Of a stretch of 32,881 nt of DNA, positions 19,475 through 31,182 are shown piece by piece. The stretch's first letter is position 1. Every line of letters starts with the position of its first letter. The position numbers and the translations under genes are program-made. Under the pieces are notes generated by a model, which ran no database searches, had not been told where the DNA came from, and saw nothing but the letters and a program-made list of their open reading frames with translations. The stretch is from Octopus bimaculoides (Eukaryota). The stretch spans positions 143,165,687-143,198,567 of the forward strand of contig NC_068984.1 of assembly GCF_001194135.2 (NCBI RefSeq), in the 5' to 3' direction.

Positions 19475-20047
19475 ATCGATAGGTAGATAGATAGATAGAG
19501 AGAGAGAGAGAGCTACGTACACACATTCATACATACATACATAGACAAACTAAACATGTCATATAAAGAACATGTCGTACAATTCTGTCGAAGTATTACG
19601 TTTATGTTACAAACGGCTGTGGAGAATACTGAAGAGCTTATTATAAATAATTCAATAGAAAGCGAAGAACCGACGGAGAACCATTTATATTTAGCGTTTC
19701 GTTCATCTCTAATTGTGTATACACACTTTTCCTGTAGCCTCTATGGGCTTCGTTTTGACTCAGTAAATAATGGCAGTTTGAAATTATTCTGTTTACGCTT
19801 CTATCATTAACCAACCAATATGTGTTTCCATATTTGTTTGTTGTATATGTTTATCTGTTTGTTGTGATATAATTATGTCCTGTTGTTGTGCGAATCAATT
19901 GGCATTCTTGCCAAATTTTCCGTTCGACATTCATTGTCTTTTCAATCTGTCGTGGCGTACATGATAATTTGGGTGTCAGTGCAATTTTTAGAGATATATT
20001 TATGCATGTATGTAATGAGTGCTCGAATGTACATACGTGGATACGTA

Positions 20048-20095
<48 letters not shown>

Positions 20096-20143
20096 AGTGT
20101 ATGAATACATATGTATACGTATATGTACATAAATATATATATG

Positions 20144-20176
<33 letters not shown>

Positions 20177-20380
20177 TATATATTTAGGTACATGAATAAA
20201 GATAAAAAGGAAGATAGTGATGTTTGTGTGTTTCTGTAGATGCACTCACACCTCACACGTGTGTGTATATATATACATACAGAGAGACACACACTGAGAG
20301 AAACAGATAGAGGGATAGATAGATAGGTAGATAGGTAGACAAATAGATGGATGAGTGAATGGTGGATACATACATACATT

Positions 20381-20440
<60 letters not shown>

Positions 20441-20458
20441 GGTATGTATATATGTATA

Positions 20459-21562
20459 TATTAGGTCATCCCATAAATAATGTGGGTTTTTCAGTTGCAT
20501 GTACTTAAAGTCGGAGGGGAAGAGATAAACTACCTGCATCAACTTCCTACAAAAGCAGGTAGTGATTTTACCCTGCCCTTATTCTTAATGAAAATTTTGG
20601 AGAGTGCAGTTTGATTTTAACAATTATTTTCGCAAAACAATAATGGAATTGACGAAGAAGCATATTCGGCATATTTTGCTTTATGAGTTCAATAAAAGCA
20701 ACAATGCAGCGGAAAATGCGAGGAATATTAATTCAGCATATAGAGATTGGACAGTAAGTGTAAGCCAGTGTCAACAGCGGTTCCAGAAATTCCAAGCCGG
20801 AAACTACAGCCTAGAAGATGAGCCGCATCTTGGAAGATCTGTATACCGCGACAAGGACGTGCTGCAAACACTGCTGAAACAAAATTCCATCGTAACTGTT
20901 GAGGAACTAGCAGAGAAGCTTGGATTTGGTCATTGAACCAATCATCGACACCTGCGTGCCATCAGGAAAGTCAGCAAATTGGGTCAATGGGTTCCTCACA
21001 AACTCCCTGAGTTTAATCGCGCGCAGAGAGTATCTGTGTGATCTTCATTGCTGTCACCCCTCACGAATGACCCTTTTTTGGACCGAATAGTGACTTGTGA
21101 CGAGAAATGAGTTCTCTATAAAAATATCAGGTGCTTGGGAAAGGGGAAACACCGGCACCCCAGGTTAAAGGAGGTCTTCACCCACATAAGGTGTTGTTAT
21201 CTGTATTGTAGGATATGAAAGATTTAGTCCACTTTGAAATTTTAAACCAAAACCAAATGATAACAAAGGAGATCTACTGCGAGCAGTTTGAGCGGCTTAA
21301 GTCAGTTCTAGAAGGAAATCAACCATCTTTGGTTTCAAGATGAAAGGTGTTCTCCCATCAGGATAATGCTTGGCCACATACAGTGAGGATGACATTCCAA
21401 AGGCTGGAACAGTTTGAATGCGAAACTACGCCCCACCCACCATATTCGCCGGATTTTGCCCCATCGGATTATTATTTATTCTGCAGTCTTCAAAGTTATT
21501 TGGACGGAAAAAATATGAATTCTGTGGACGAGATGAGAACACTACTGGAGGGTATTTTTGCG
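20459..21562 (+). mobile_element. Mariner (DD34D) element, 3'-truncated, transposase pseudogene
   Basis: TA-TTAGGTCATCCCATAAATAA TIR; ATG 20643 MELTKKHIRHILLYEF..; WVPHKL 20988; TCDEK (D 21099); HQDNA (D 21362); YSPDFAPSDY (D 21467), 34 residues between D2 and D3; multiple stops and frameshifts. Confidence 0.95.
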
Positions 21563-21975
21563 ATGTATTCATACGATAACATAACAAAAAATTAGTTTTA
21601 TTCATGGAAGATCGAGCTCCATGCCACACAGCGAAAAGGAATCAACAATGACTGACTGAAAATGGGATCATAAAGGTTCCTTGGTCGAGCCAATCTCCTG
21701 GCATGAACTCAATTGGAATTTTTTGGAGCATACCAGATAGAGCTATACGTAAAACTCGACAGAAACCTAAATCTAAAGTTGAATTGTTTTGATTGTTGCG
21801 CGAAAAGTGGGCAGAGATTCCACAAGAGACAATCACATAGCTCATCAATTCAATGTTTAAAAGAATTTCTGAATTAAAAACTACAAAGGGAATATCAACT
21901 AAATACTAAAGTATGTAGTCCTACCTATCGATTACATTTCAATTGTTCGTTTTGCATGTTAAATAAAAAAATTTG
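21563..21975 (+). mobile_element. Tc1 (DD34E) transposase 3' fragment
   Basis: KLVLFMEDRAPCHTAKRNQQ*LTENGIIKVPWSSQSPGMNSIGIFW..KWAEIPQETIT*LINSMFKRI..KGISTKY* (stop 21907-21909). There are 34 residues from D to the mutated E (NSIG for NPIE). Confidence 0.88.
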
Positions 21976-22050
21976 AAATATATATGTATGTATGTATGTA
22001 TATATTTATGCATGTATGTATGTATGTATATGTATATGTATGTATGCATG

Positions 22051-22275
22051 TGTGTGTCTTTGTGCCTGTGTTTATCACCTCCATCACCGCTTGACAACTG
22101 GTGTTTGTGTGCTTACGTGCCCGTAACTCAGCAAAAGAGACCCGCAGAATATGTACTAGACTTTAAAAAATAATTCCTTGCTTCGATTTGTTCGACTAAT
22201 ATCCTCCAAGGCAGTGCTCCAGCATGGCTGAAGTCAAATGACTGAAACAAGTAAAAGGATAAAAGAATAAAAGAA
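22051..22275 (+). mobile_element. SINE family A, 3' half only
   Basis: CCATCACCGCTTGACAACTGGTG..CCCGTAACTCAGCAAAAGAGACC..GGCAGTGCTCCAGCATGGC..ATGACTGAAACAAGTAAAAG; starts at the TG linker. Confidence 0.82.
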
Positions 22276-22924
22276 GATTCTCATTGCACCGCAATTCCCT
22301 GACTGCTATTAATTGTGACACTATTCCCTGCGATTAGGTAAATGCATTGATATGTAATAAAGCTAAGTTGCTATTTGGCGGTTCACTTTCCGCATATACA
22401 ATTGAATTTGATCAGGAGTGAATTGCCCAAAATATTAAAACATTCATCTTGTCGACATGTAGCCGAAATACTAGAGCCATATTTCTCAAACTTTATTTCT
22501 CCTCTGTTACTGTTGCTCTTTTTTATGTTTATTCTTTTAAAACTTTATACATACCAAATATACACATATGAAAAGTAATAAATGTTTCATGACTTCGTAT
22601 TAATGTATTTTCCGTTTTCTCCTTTCCCTTTCTCGCTGTCTCCTCACCCACTCTCTTTTTAATGATGTACAACACTGAGGTTCGTATGCACACACACACA
22701 TACACATACACACACCCTCTTACAGAAAAAGATATTTTCATGAATATTCGTATGTATATTTACGTATATGTATATATATATACATGTGTTTGTGTGTCTG
22801 TGCGTGCGTGTGTGCGAAGATGTATTCGCTAAGTGTATTTATATTAATTTACTAATGACTACTATCTTCAGTGTGTTTGATACATAATTAGTTATCATTG
22901 CCTTCTTCCAGCTTACATTACTTT

Positions 22925-22989
<65 letters not shown>

Positions 22990-23574
22990 ATTTATACACA
23001 CACACATACATACATATCTACATGACTATATATGTATGTATAAGTATATATTTATGTATATATATGTATGTATATATATGTGTGAATGTATATGTATGTA
23101 TATATGTATATCGTTCTTACCCTACCACTCCGTGACCCACTCTCTCTCTCTCTCTCTCTCTGTTCCATTCGTTCCTACCCTCTCCACTTCCCTACTCCTC
23201 CTTCCTGTATTTTTGTCTCACAAGATCATAGCCCTGCCACTTACAAATTTATGTATGCAATCAAACGTACGTAGATACGCGATCTCTCATAGAAACACCA
23301 AGTACGTACATATATTAACACACGGATACTTTCCAATGCGCAAGACTTTACGTGCACACTCATACAGAAGCATGCGCATATGTGTATTATAGCTACACAC
23401 CCTACACTGAGCTACACGTACATATGCACAACTAACACGCATGCATACGCGTGCACGTACATCTAAATACATATTTATATTCATACACGACCACATACAG
23501 ACGCACACAATGATAATCATACAGGTGTCTTAATGTGTGTAGGTGTAGTTTTGGTTTTATTCTATAGTGACAAA

Positions 23575-23894
23575 AACAGAAAGCGAGAGAGAGAGAAAGA
23601 GAGAGAGAGAGAAAGAGAGAGAGAGAAAGAGTGAGAGAGAAAAAGAGTGAGAGAGAGAAAGAGATGGGGAGGAAGATGGAGAGAGAGAAGGTGAAGGAGA
23701 GAGAGGCGGTAGACATATAATGTCTAAAGATAATAAGAGAACTAGTAAAACATATAATGTAATAGGAATGAGAAGATACAAAATGAATGTGCTTCAGAGA
23801 CGACGTATCTGGCGAGAGAGAGAGAGGGAGCAGAGGGCCAGAGAGAAAGCGACAGAGACAGGGAGATATAAGAACTATGTATACACACACACAT

Positions 23895-23986
<92 letters not shown>

Positions 23987-23990
23987 TGTA
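23575..23990. repeat. GA-rich and (CA)(TA)(GA) compound microsatellites
   Basis: Direct sequence. Confidence 0.88.
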
Positions 23991-24322
23991 TAATAGAAAG
24001 GTGAACATCCTAGCGATTATGTAGAAAACGAGAAAGACAGACAGTCAAAAAGAGAGAGTGGATGTTTTAGATAGACAAAAAGATAGAGGAGTGGAGGAGA
24101 GTGACAGAAGTCCTGTGACACACACAGAAACACACACACACTTGCAAAAACACACACACACTTACAAAAACACACACACGCACACACATAAACAAAGAGT
24201 GGATGAATGACAGAAAGACAGAGAGAGTAATGTTGAAAGAATTGTTTGCTGCCAGTAGAATATATAATTTTATTTCACTTGTGTTATTTCATCTTTTATT
24301 TCCACCAAAATCTCGTTCTCTA

Positions 24323-24449
24323 TGACGTCATGCTAACTAGTATATTATCTTCTAATAACGGTTGAACAGAATAATGGAATAGCAAACAGTCAAATGAACA
24401 AAGCCGTACGCACTGGTTAACTCAATTAACGAACACACTGTTGACGTCA
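24323..24449. promoter_or_regulatory. Pair of full CRE palindromes (TGACGTCA)
   Basis: TGACGTCA at 24323-24330 (within ATGACGTCAT) and 24442-24449. Motif presence only. Confidence 0.3.
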
Positions 24450-24885
24450 TTATGAAAGTCTGTGATCAGCCATTTCTTTTTTTTATTTTTACTTTTGTTT
24501 TTCTCAGAAATGTGGGGTGAGTTTTGTGCACAGGGGGTTAAATGGATTAAATAGTTAGAAAATGTTCGTAAAATGGTGGTCGCGATGCCGGCGTCGCCTG
24601 TTATTGTTATGTCGGTTCAACGGTTCTAGTTACACTTCTAAAGAGTTCTGATCTGACATGGCGTAATGACAGTGGCGGTGAGGACTCATAGAATGTTCGG
24701 GAATGTTGAAATAAGGAAGAGGTCTAGGGTAGGATTTTGCTATGGAGGTAATCGAATATTTTTCCTTCGCAATCGCATCTTTCTATGGAAGTTGTTATCC
24801 TGTGAAGGAAAAATCCGACTAGTGGCCGGATATTTCGTAATAATCATCCCACAAACTATTTTTAACATCTTTAATTTTTAATATC

Positions 24886-25097
24886 TGGCAAGTTGGCAAA
24901 ATCTTTACTACGCCGAATAAAATGCTTAGCGGCATTCCTTCCGACTTTACGCTCTGAGTTCAAATGCCACCGAGGTCTATTTTGCCGTTCATCCTTTCGA
25001 AGTCGATAAAATAAGTGTCAATGATGCACTGGGGTTGATGATCGACTTAACCCCACCACCGAAAATTGCTGACCTTGTGCCAAAATTTAAAGACAAT
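24886..25097 (+). mobile_element. SINE family B copy
   Basis: TGGCAAGTTGGCAAAATC..ATGCTTAGCGGCATT..CTGAGTTCAAATGCC..TTCATCCTTTCG..GTCGATAAAATAAG..CTGGGGTTGATGATCGACTT..CCTTGTGCCAAAATT. Confidence 0.85.
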
Positions 25098-25170
25098 TTT
25101 TCTGTATAATCATATTTTAAAAAAATATAAAATGATCATATAAAAATTATGTATAAAATAATCATATAAA

Positions 25171-25645
25171 AAAATAAGAATCTTTAACACTAACGTAAAA
25201 GCGGTGTTATTGTATGAGGCCGAGACATGGCGAACAACAGTTAAGTCAAATAAGCAAATACAATCTTTCATCAACAGATGCTTGCGTAGTATACTTAAAA
25301 TTAGATGGCCCGAACACAGGAGCAATATGGAGCTATGGCAAAGAACGAATCAAGTTTCGATTAGGGAGCAAATATTTAAGAAAAATTGGAAATGGATTCG
25401 TAGCACAATTAGAAAAGACAAACCAAATGCAGCGAAAAGTGCTTTACAGTGGAATCCGGATGGATATAGAAAGAAAGGTAGGCCTAAGAACTCGTGGCGT
25501 AGATCAACAAAAAAGGAACTAGAGAAAGGGGACATTCATGGCAGAGTATAAGAACAGAAGCGAAAAATTATGCGACATGAAATTCAATTATAAGTGGCCT
25601 ATACTCCGCGTTGGAGGGTTAAAGGCAAATAAAAAAATAAAATAA
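25171..25645 (+). mobile_element. RTE-clade LINE 3' end (post-RT C-terminus, 5'-truncated)
   Basis: KIRIFNTNVKAVLLYEAETW..IQSFINRCLRSILKIRWP..ELWQRTNQ..WKWI..ALQWNPDGYRKKGRPKNSWRRS. This matches the RTE consensus SVLLYGSETW..FxxRCLRxILxIxW..RWxWxGH..WxPxGxRxRGRPKxTW. Ends in an A-rich (AAAT) tail. Confidence 0.9.
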
Positions 25646-26010
25646 TCATGTTTTAAAGTGATAAGTATTTTTCGCTTTAAAATTTGTATTCATTTCATCA
25701 TTTTCTATAAGGGACATTTTGATAAAACTTAAATCATAATTATTTTGTGTCACATTTCCTTATGTTACCGATGGCGGCATAAGTATACTTTAGAAGTTAC
25801 TCGCCTATGATTACCATGTGGAAACTCGGTCATTAACTCCTTTCCGAATAAGACTATCACTACAGTAAATTCTGTAACCATCGCCACCAAAACTTCTAGA
25901 AGAATCGCCAACACTAAAAACTCTTTGACCACCACAATCAAGAACATACAAGGCCAGTTAGCTCCAATGAATATTTTGAGGAAACTACGATAAAAACCTG
26001 TCATAATATA

Positions 26011-26382
26011 TCTTTTATCTTCTCTCATTTACTTGATTCTTTCATTAGTCTGCGGCCATGCTGTGGCACTGCCGTGAAGCATTTTATTTGAACGATTCGT
26101 CGCCATTACTGGCATTTTAAAGCCTGGTTACAGATAGATTAATCGATAACTTTAGCAAAACCGCTATGTTACGGGGCCAGAAACACACCAGCACCTGTAG
26201 TAGTCAAGAGGTGGTATGCGACAACACAATGACAGGCTTCTTTTGGTTTCCTTTTACTAATCATAAGACTTTGGTCGGCTCGTAGCTCTACTGGAAGACA
26301 CCTATTCAAGATCCCACGCAGTGGGACTGAACCCGAAACCGTGTGGTCTAGAAGCAAACTTCTTTCCACACAGCCATACACC
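26011..26382 (-). mobile_element. SINE family A copy
   Basis: Minus strand GGTGTATGGCTGTGTGG..GGGTTCAGTCCCACTGCGTGG..GTGTCTTC..GCCGACCAAAG..GGTGCTGGTGTGTTTCTGGCCCCGTAAC..CAGCATGGCCGCAGAC. Confidence 0.85.
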
Positions 26383-26572
26383 GATACACACACACACACA
26401 CACACACACATGCACACATATATATACATATATACAGTAATCCCTCTCCATATCGTGGTTTACCTATCGTGGTTCATTATTTCAGCTTACGTCGATTCCT
26501 CCGTGGTGTTATTTTGCATTTATAATAAATTAATATATACAAATTATAAAAACATTTAACATATATATATTT

Positions 26573-26885
26573 AGGCGCAAAGTGGCTGTGTGGTAAGTAG
26601 TTTGCTGACCAATCACATGGTCCCGGGTTCAGTCCCACTGCGTGGCAGATTGGGAAAGTGTCTTCTACTATAGCCTCAAGCCGACCAAAGCCTCGTGAGT
26701 GGATTTGGTAGACGGAAACTGCAAGAAGCCTGTCGTATATGCATATATATATGTATATGTATGTGTATGTGCTTGTGCGTCTATTTGTACACCTAAAATC
26801 ACTTGAACACCGATGCTGGTGTGTTTACATCCCGTCATCTAGCGATTCGGTAAAAGAGACTTTTAGAATAAGTAAAAGAGTAAAA
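26573..26885 (+). mobile_element. SINE family A copy with internal 3' deletion
   Basis: A box TGGCTGTGTGG 26583-26593, B box GGTTCAGTCCC 26626-26636; jumps from AGAATAAGTA directly to the terminal AAAGAGTAAA. Confidence 0.88.
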
Positions 26886-27849
26886 ATGTATATATACAGT
26901 GCAGTACTGTTTCTACTTCCCGCATTTTCACCTATCTTGAGGGGTTGGGGTTGGAACGTAACACCCGCGATAAACGAAGGATTATTGTATATATATATTA
27001 ATACATACAAACACACGCGTACGTGCATACAAGCGAACACCAAACAGCGATAATTGAACAATACAACAAACTCACACACACACACACACACACATATCCA
27101 CATACCACACGTTCCCACACGCCCACACCAACACTATAAATACTCGTATGGAAATACATAAATTTAATCTTATTTGTGTTGCTGATACTGCAACGGCCAC
27201 CGCTACCGCTGCAGCTGCTACGGCTGCTGCTGTGGACATGGATGATGATGCTGATGATGATGATCATGATCGTGATGGCGATAACGATGGAGACGTAGTC
27301 CTTGTTACCGTTTAGCCCCAGGCCTATCGTGATTGCACAGAGCTAGAGAAACACGCCCCTAATCTTGACACGTCCGAGTCTATTTAAGGATTCTGTGATC
27401 AACCTCGGACTGCATTAACCAGTGTCAGTTGGGATAATGGTCGAAAATATGGACGGAGGGAAATTTAGCTGCTATAGCTAGGAATTAGAACATCGAGATA
27501 TACGGCGTAGAGGCATCTCAGCTGTCTTGTGCGTGAGTGAGTGTGTGTATGTGTAAACGTGCGACTCTACAAGTGCGTTTATACATATATGTATATATAC
27601 ATATCTACAAGTGCATTTATATATATATATGTAATATGGATGGATGGATGGACGGATGGGTGGACGGATTTATGAATGGATGGATGGATGGTGAATGTGT
27701 TCGCGCGTATAAACTTCGTATATTGTGTGTGTATGAGTGCATGAATGTGACCCTGCATACTTGTGTGTGCGTGTGTGTTTGTGAGTGTGTATCTATGGAT
27801 TTCTCTTTTCACTATATTTCAGATATGAGGACAGGCACACTAATATACT

Positions 27850-28764
27850 AACACCGGCATCAACTACCAACCAGTTTGAACATATGGTAATACACACACA
27901 CACACGATATAATATAACACAATAAAATATGACATAATATAACGTTATAGTATATATGTGTATATATATATATATNNNNNNNNNNNNNNNNNNNNNNNNN
28001 NNNNNNNNNNNNNNNNNNNNNNNNNNNNNNNNNNNNNNNNNNNNNNNNNNNNNNNNNNNNNNNNNNNNNNNNNNNNNNNNNNNNNNNNNNNNNNNNNNNN
28101 NNNNNNNNNNNNNNNNNNNNNNNNNNNNNNNNNNNNNNNNNNNNNNNNNNNNNNNNNNNNNNNNNNNNNNNNNNNNNNNNNNNNNNNNNNNNNNNNNNNN
28201 NNNNNNNNNNNNNNNNNNNNNNNNNNNNNNNNNNNNNNNNNNNNNNNNNNNNNNNNNNNNNNNNNNNNNNNNNNNNNNNNNNNNNNNNNNNNNNNNNNNN
28301 NNNNNNNNNNNNNNNNNNNNNNNNNNNNNNNNNNNNNNNNNNNNNNNNNNNNNNNNNNNNNNNNNNNNNNNNNNNNNNNNNNNNNNNNNNNNNNNNNNNN
28401 NNNNNNNNNNNNNNNNNNNNNNNNNNNNNNNNNNNNNNNNNNNNNNNNNNNNNNNNNNNNNNNNNNNNNNNNNNNNNNNNNNNNNNNNNNNNNNNNNNNN
28501 NNNNNNNNNNNNNNNNNNNNNNNNNNNNNNNNNNNNNNNNNNNNNNNNNNNNNNNNNNNNNNNNNNNNNNNNNNNNNNNNNNNNNNNNNNNNNNNNNNNN
28601 NNNNNNNNNNNNNNNNNNNNNNNNNNNNNNNNNNNNNNNNNNNNNNNNNNNNNNNNNNNNNNNNNNNNNNNNNNNNNNNNNNNNNNNNNNNNNNNNNNNN
28701 NNNNNNNAACACCGGCATCAACTACCAACCAGTTTGAACATATGGTAATACACACACACACACG
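27850..28764. other. Identical 57-bp sequence on both sides of an N gap (27850-27906 = 28708-28764)
   Basis: AACACCGGCATCAACTACCAACCAGTTTGAACATATGGTAATA(CA)6CG is exactly duplicated. Confidence 0.9.
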
Positions 28765-29175
28765 CACAACATACTATTACGTCGCTGTGAATCTTGAGGA
28801 GTGACTCAAGAAACGAGAATTTCGTATGTTGTACGTATAAAGTATTTCACGTCACTTCATACAAACTTATATTACCGACTATATTTGTTGAGCGAGGTAT
28901 TTTTTTTTTTTGTGCATGTGTATTTTGTTCGCAATAAACATTTATCAATAAATATGTGTGCGTAAGTGTGTGCGTATGTGTGTACACGTATGTTTGTTAT
29001 CAAAAGCAACATGTCTGATAAGGTATATTGAATGAAGCTAAAAAAATGGTATTGCGAGGACTTTACATGTATCTAGCTTTCTAATTATCGATATATTTAA
29101 GCTATCTTCCTAATTATCTATATATCTATCAATCCCTGACCATCTCCCTCTGTGTCTCTCGACATATAACAAATG

Positions 29176-29219
<44 letters not shown>

Positions 29220-29639
29220 NNNNNNNNNNNNNNNNNNNNNNNNNNNNNNNNNNNNNNNNNNNNNNNNNNNNNNNNNNNNNNNNNNNNNNNNNNNNNNNNN
29301 NNNNNNNNNNNNNNNNNNNNNNNNNNNNNNNNNNNNNNNNNNNNNNNNNNNNNNNNNNNNNNNNNNNNNNNNNNNNNNNNNNNNNNNNNNNNNNNNNNNN
29401 NNNNNNNNNNNNNNNNNNNNNNNNNNNNNNNNNNNNNNNNNNNNNNNNNNNNNNNNNNNNNNNNNNNNNNNNNNNNNNNNNNNNNNNNNNNNNNNNNNNN
29501 NNNNNNNNNNNNNNNNNNNNNNNNNNNNNNNNNNNNNNNNNNNNNNNNNNNNNNNNNNNNNNNNNNNNNNNNNNNNNNNNNNNNNNNNNNNNNNNNNNNN
29601 NNNNNNNNNNNNNNNNNNNNNNNNNNNNNNNNNNNNNNN

Positions 29640-29687
<48 letters not shown>

Positions 29688-30204
29688 ATGACTGATCATG
29701 TTGAAATTTGTCTCGTGACTCGACATCCACGCCGGTGCAGTCATCAGCTTTTGCCTGATGATCGAACTGGCATGAAACTCGTGACAAACACAAACTCTCA
29801 GCTTTCATGCATTGAGCAATTATGAGCATTTCACTTAGCATTTCGCACGTGTATGCAAATATGCAAATTATTCACACATTTATATTTTTCTATGTATATA
29901 AATAAATATATAGATAGATAGAGACGTGTAAATATGTATATGCACGTACTCTCACACAGAAAGCATGTATGCGTAAGTATATATATGCGCCTATACTCAA
30001 GATTATGTGTATGTATGAGAGTTTGTGCTTAGTTTTGTGTAGGTGCTTCCACACACAAGTATTCATATACTTGTCCATACGTATGTGTATTTTCCTTGCA
30101 TATGTATACAATTTATGTTGTATCTATATGTATGAGAATATAACAACAATCTTTTTTAACATACACAAAACAATGTTCTTAAACATAAACTTACCAACTA
30201 ATAT

Positions 30205-30378
30205 AAGAAGTTCGCTGAAAGGCCTGGCTGGAGACCCAACTTAACAGGGCTTAGATAACCTGAAGGACCGGTGTAATAAATGTGTGAATTTGAGGGGGGA
30301 ATAATGCTGAATAAAATCGTAGATGATGCTCGCATGTTTAATTTTTAGCCAAAGCCAAGAATTTTCAGCACTCTATCG
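30205..30378 (+). mobile_element. Mariner 3' end (C-terminal codons plus right TIR)
   Basis: GLDNLKDRCNKCVNLRGNNAE* (cf. GIxKLxxRWxKCIxxxGxYVE), followed by AAAGCCAAGAATTTTCAGCACTCTATCG (reverse complement CGATAGAGTGCTGAAAATTCTTGGCTTT, mariner-like TIR). Confidence 0.75.
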
Positions 30379-30414
30379 AACATACAACTAGGCCGGTAGA
30401 AATTATAGTTACAT

Positions 30415-30420
30415 CTCCGC

Positions 30421-30487
<67 letters not shown>
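30415..30487. repeat. (CT)n microsatellite
   Basis: Direct sequence. Confidence 0.97.
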
Positions 30488-30488
<1 letters not shown>

Positions 30489-30489
30489 G

Positions 30490-31078
30490 TCGTCGGATTT
30501 TCGCCATATTGGACTGACCGGAGTAATGGTCTGTGTGGCAGTGTCATCCAATCTCTAGTTTCCATTAAAGTGGGACGAACGTCAGTTTGGCAATTTACAT
30601 AAAAATGCTGGACGATAATGTTTAGCCATTGGTGACCGAAGCATTTGGAGATAAATACTTGTTCGTTCAAGAAAGCGCTCCTTCTCATACGACCGGTACG
30701 ACACAGCAGTGATGCAGGAGCCATTTCAACGGGTTCTTTGACAGGAATATGTGGCCCCCCACACCAGCCCAGACATCAACCCTAAGAAATTCACTATTTG
30801 GTCCATTCTAGAAAATGACGTTTCTAGAGATTTCTACAAAAATATTCCCACTCCGAAGAAAGCCTTAGTCACGTCATGTGATCGTTCAAGCAAAGAAGTC
30901 GTCCGGCGTTCGTGTGGCTCTGTTCTCCCCGTCTTCGAGCGATTGTGAAGGCTAAATGCGGACATATTGAATGAAATGTATCTTAATGTAGCACGATCAA
31001 ATTTAATTAAACCCTAAATAACTCGGGTATTTTTATACCCTTTACTAAAAGTTCTGACTAAAAATCAACGCATCCTGT
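30490..31078 (+). mobile_element. maT (DD37D) Tc1/mariner-superfamily transposase 3' half plus right TIR
   Basis: GVMVCVAVSS..EAFGDKYLFVQESAPSHT..MWPP[fs]TSPDINPKKFTIWSILE..LKKAL-like..AKCGHIE*. There are 37 residues between the (mutated) D2 and D3 positions. Terminus ..AATCAACGCATCCTG. Confidence 0.85.
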
Positions 31079-31094
31079 GCATTGCTTTAAACTT

Positions 31095-31182
31095 TTAGCA
31101 TATGGTCAGCAATTTGGGGGTTAAGTCGATTATATCGACTCCAGTACTTCACTGGTGTTTATTTTATCGATCCCAAAAGGGA
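31095..31182 (-). mobile_element. SINE family B 3' fragment
   Basis: GGTCAGCAATTTGGGGGTTAAGTCGATTATATCGACTCCAGTACTTCACTGGTGTTTATTTTATCGATCCCAAAAGG matches the 3' half of the B copies. Confidence 0.78.

Noticed and set aside
19556-19810. 84-aa plus ORF (VENTEELIINNSIESEE..)
   Set aside because: No recognisable domain or flanking splice signals; the length is expected by chance.
2000-22870. Other CTGANGA sites (2067 minus, 2903, 7272, 8072, 10527 minus, 10939, 19629, 22865 minus) as hammerheads
   Set aside because: Each lacks GAAA at the right place and/or stems I and III. Some may be old relics, but the evidence is insufficient.
25765-26028. 87-aa hydrophobic minus ORF
   Set aside because: Antisense of a T-rich degenerate ACC/ACT tract; no homology recognised.
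6412-26640. tRNA genes
   Set aside because: A/B boxes occur only as SINE heads continuing into shared SINE bodies; no intact cloverleaf was seen.
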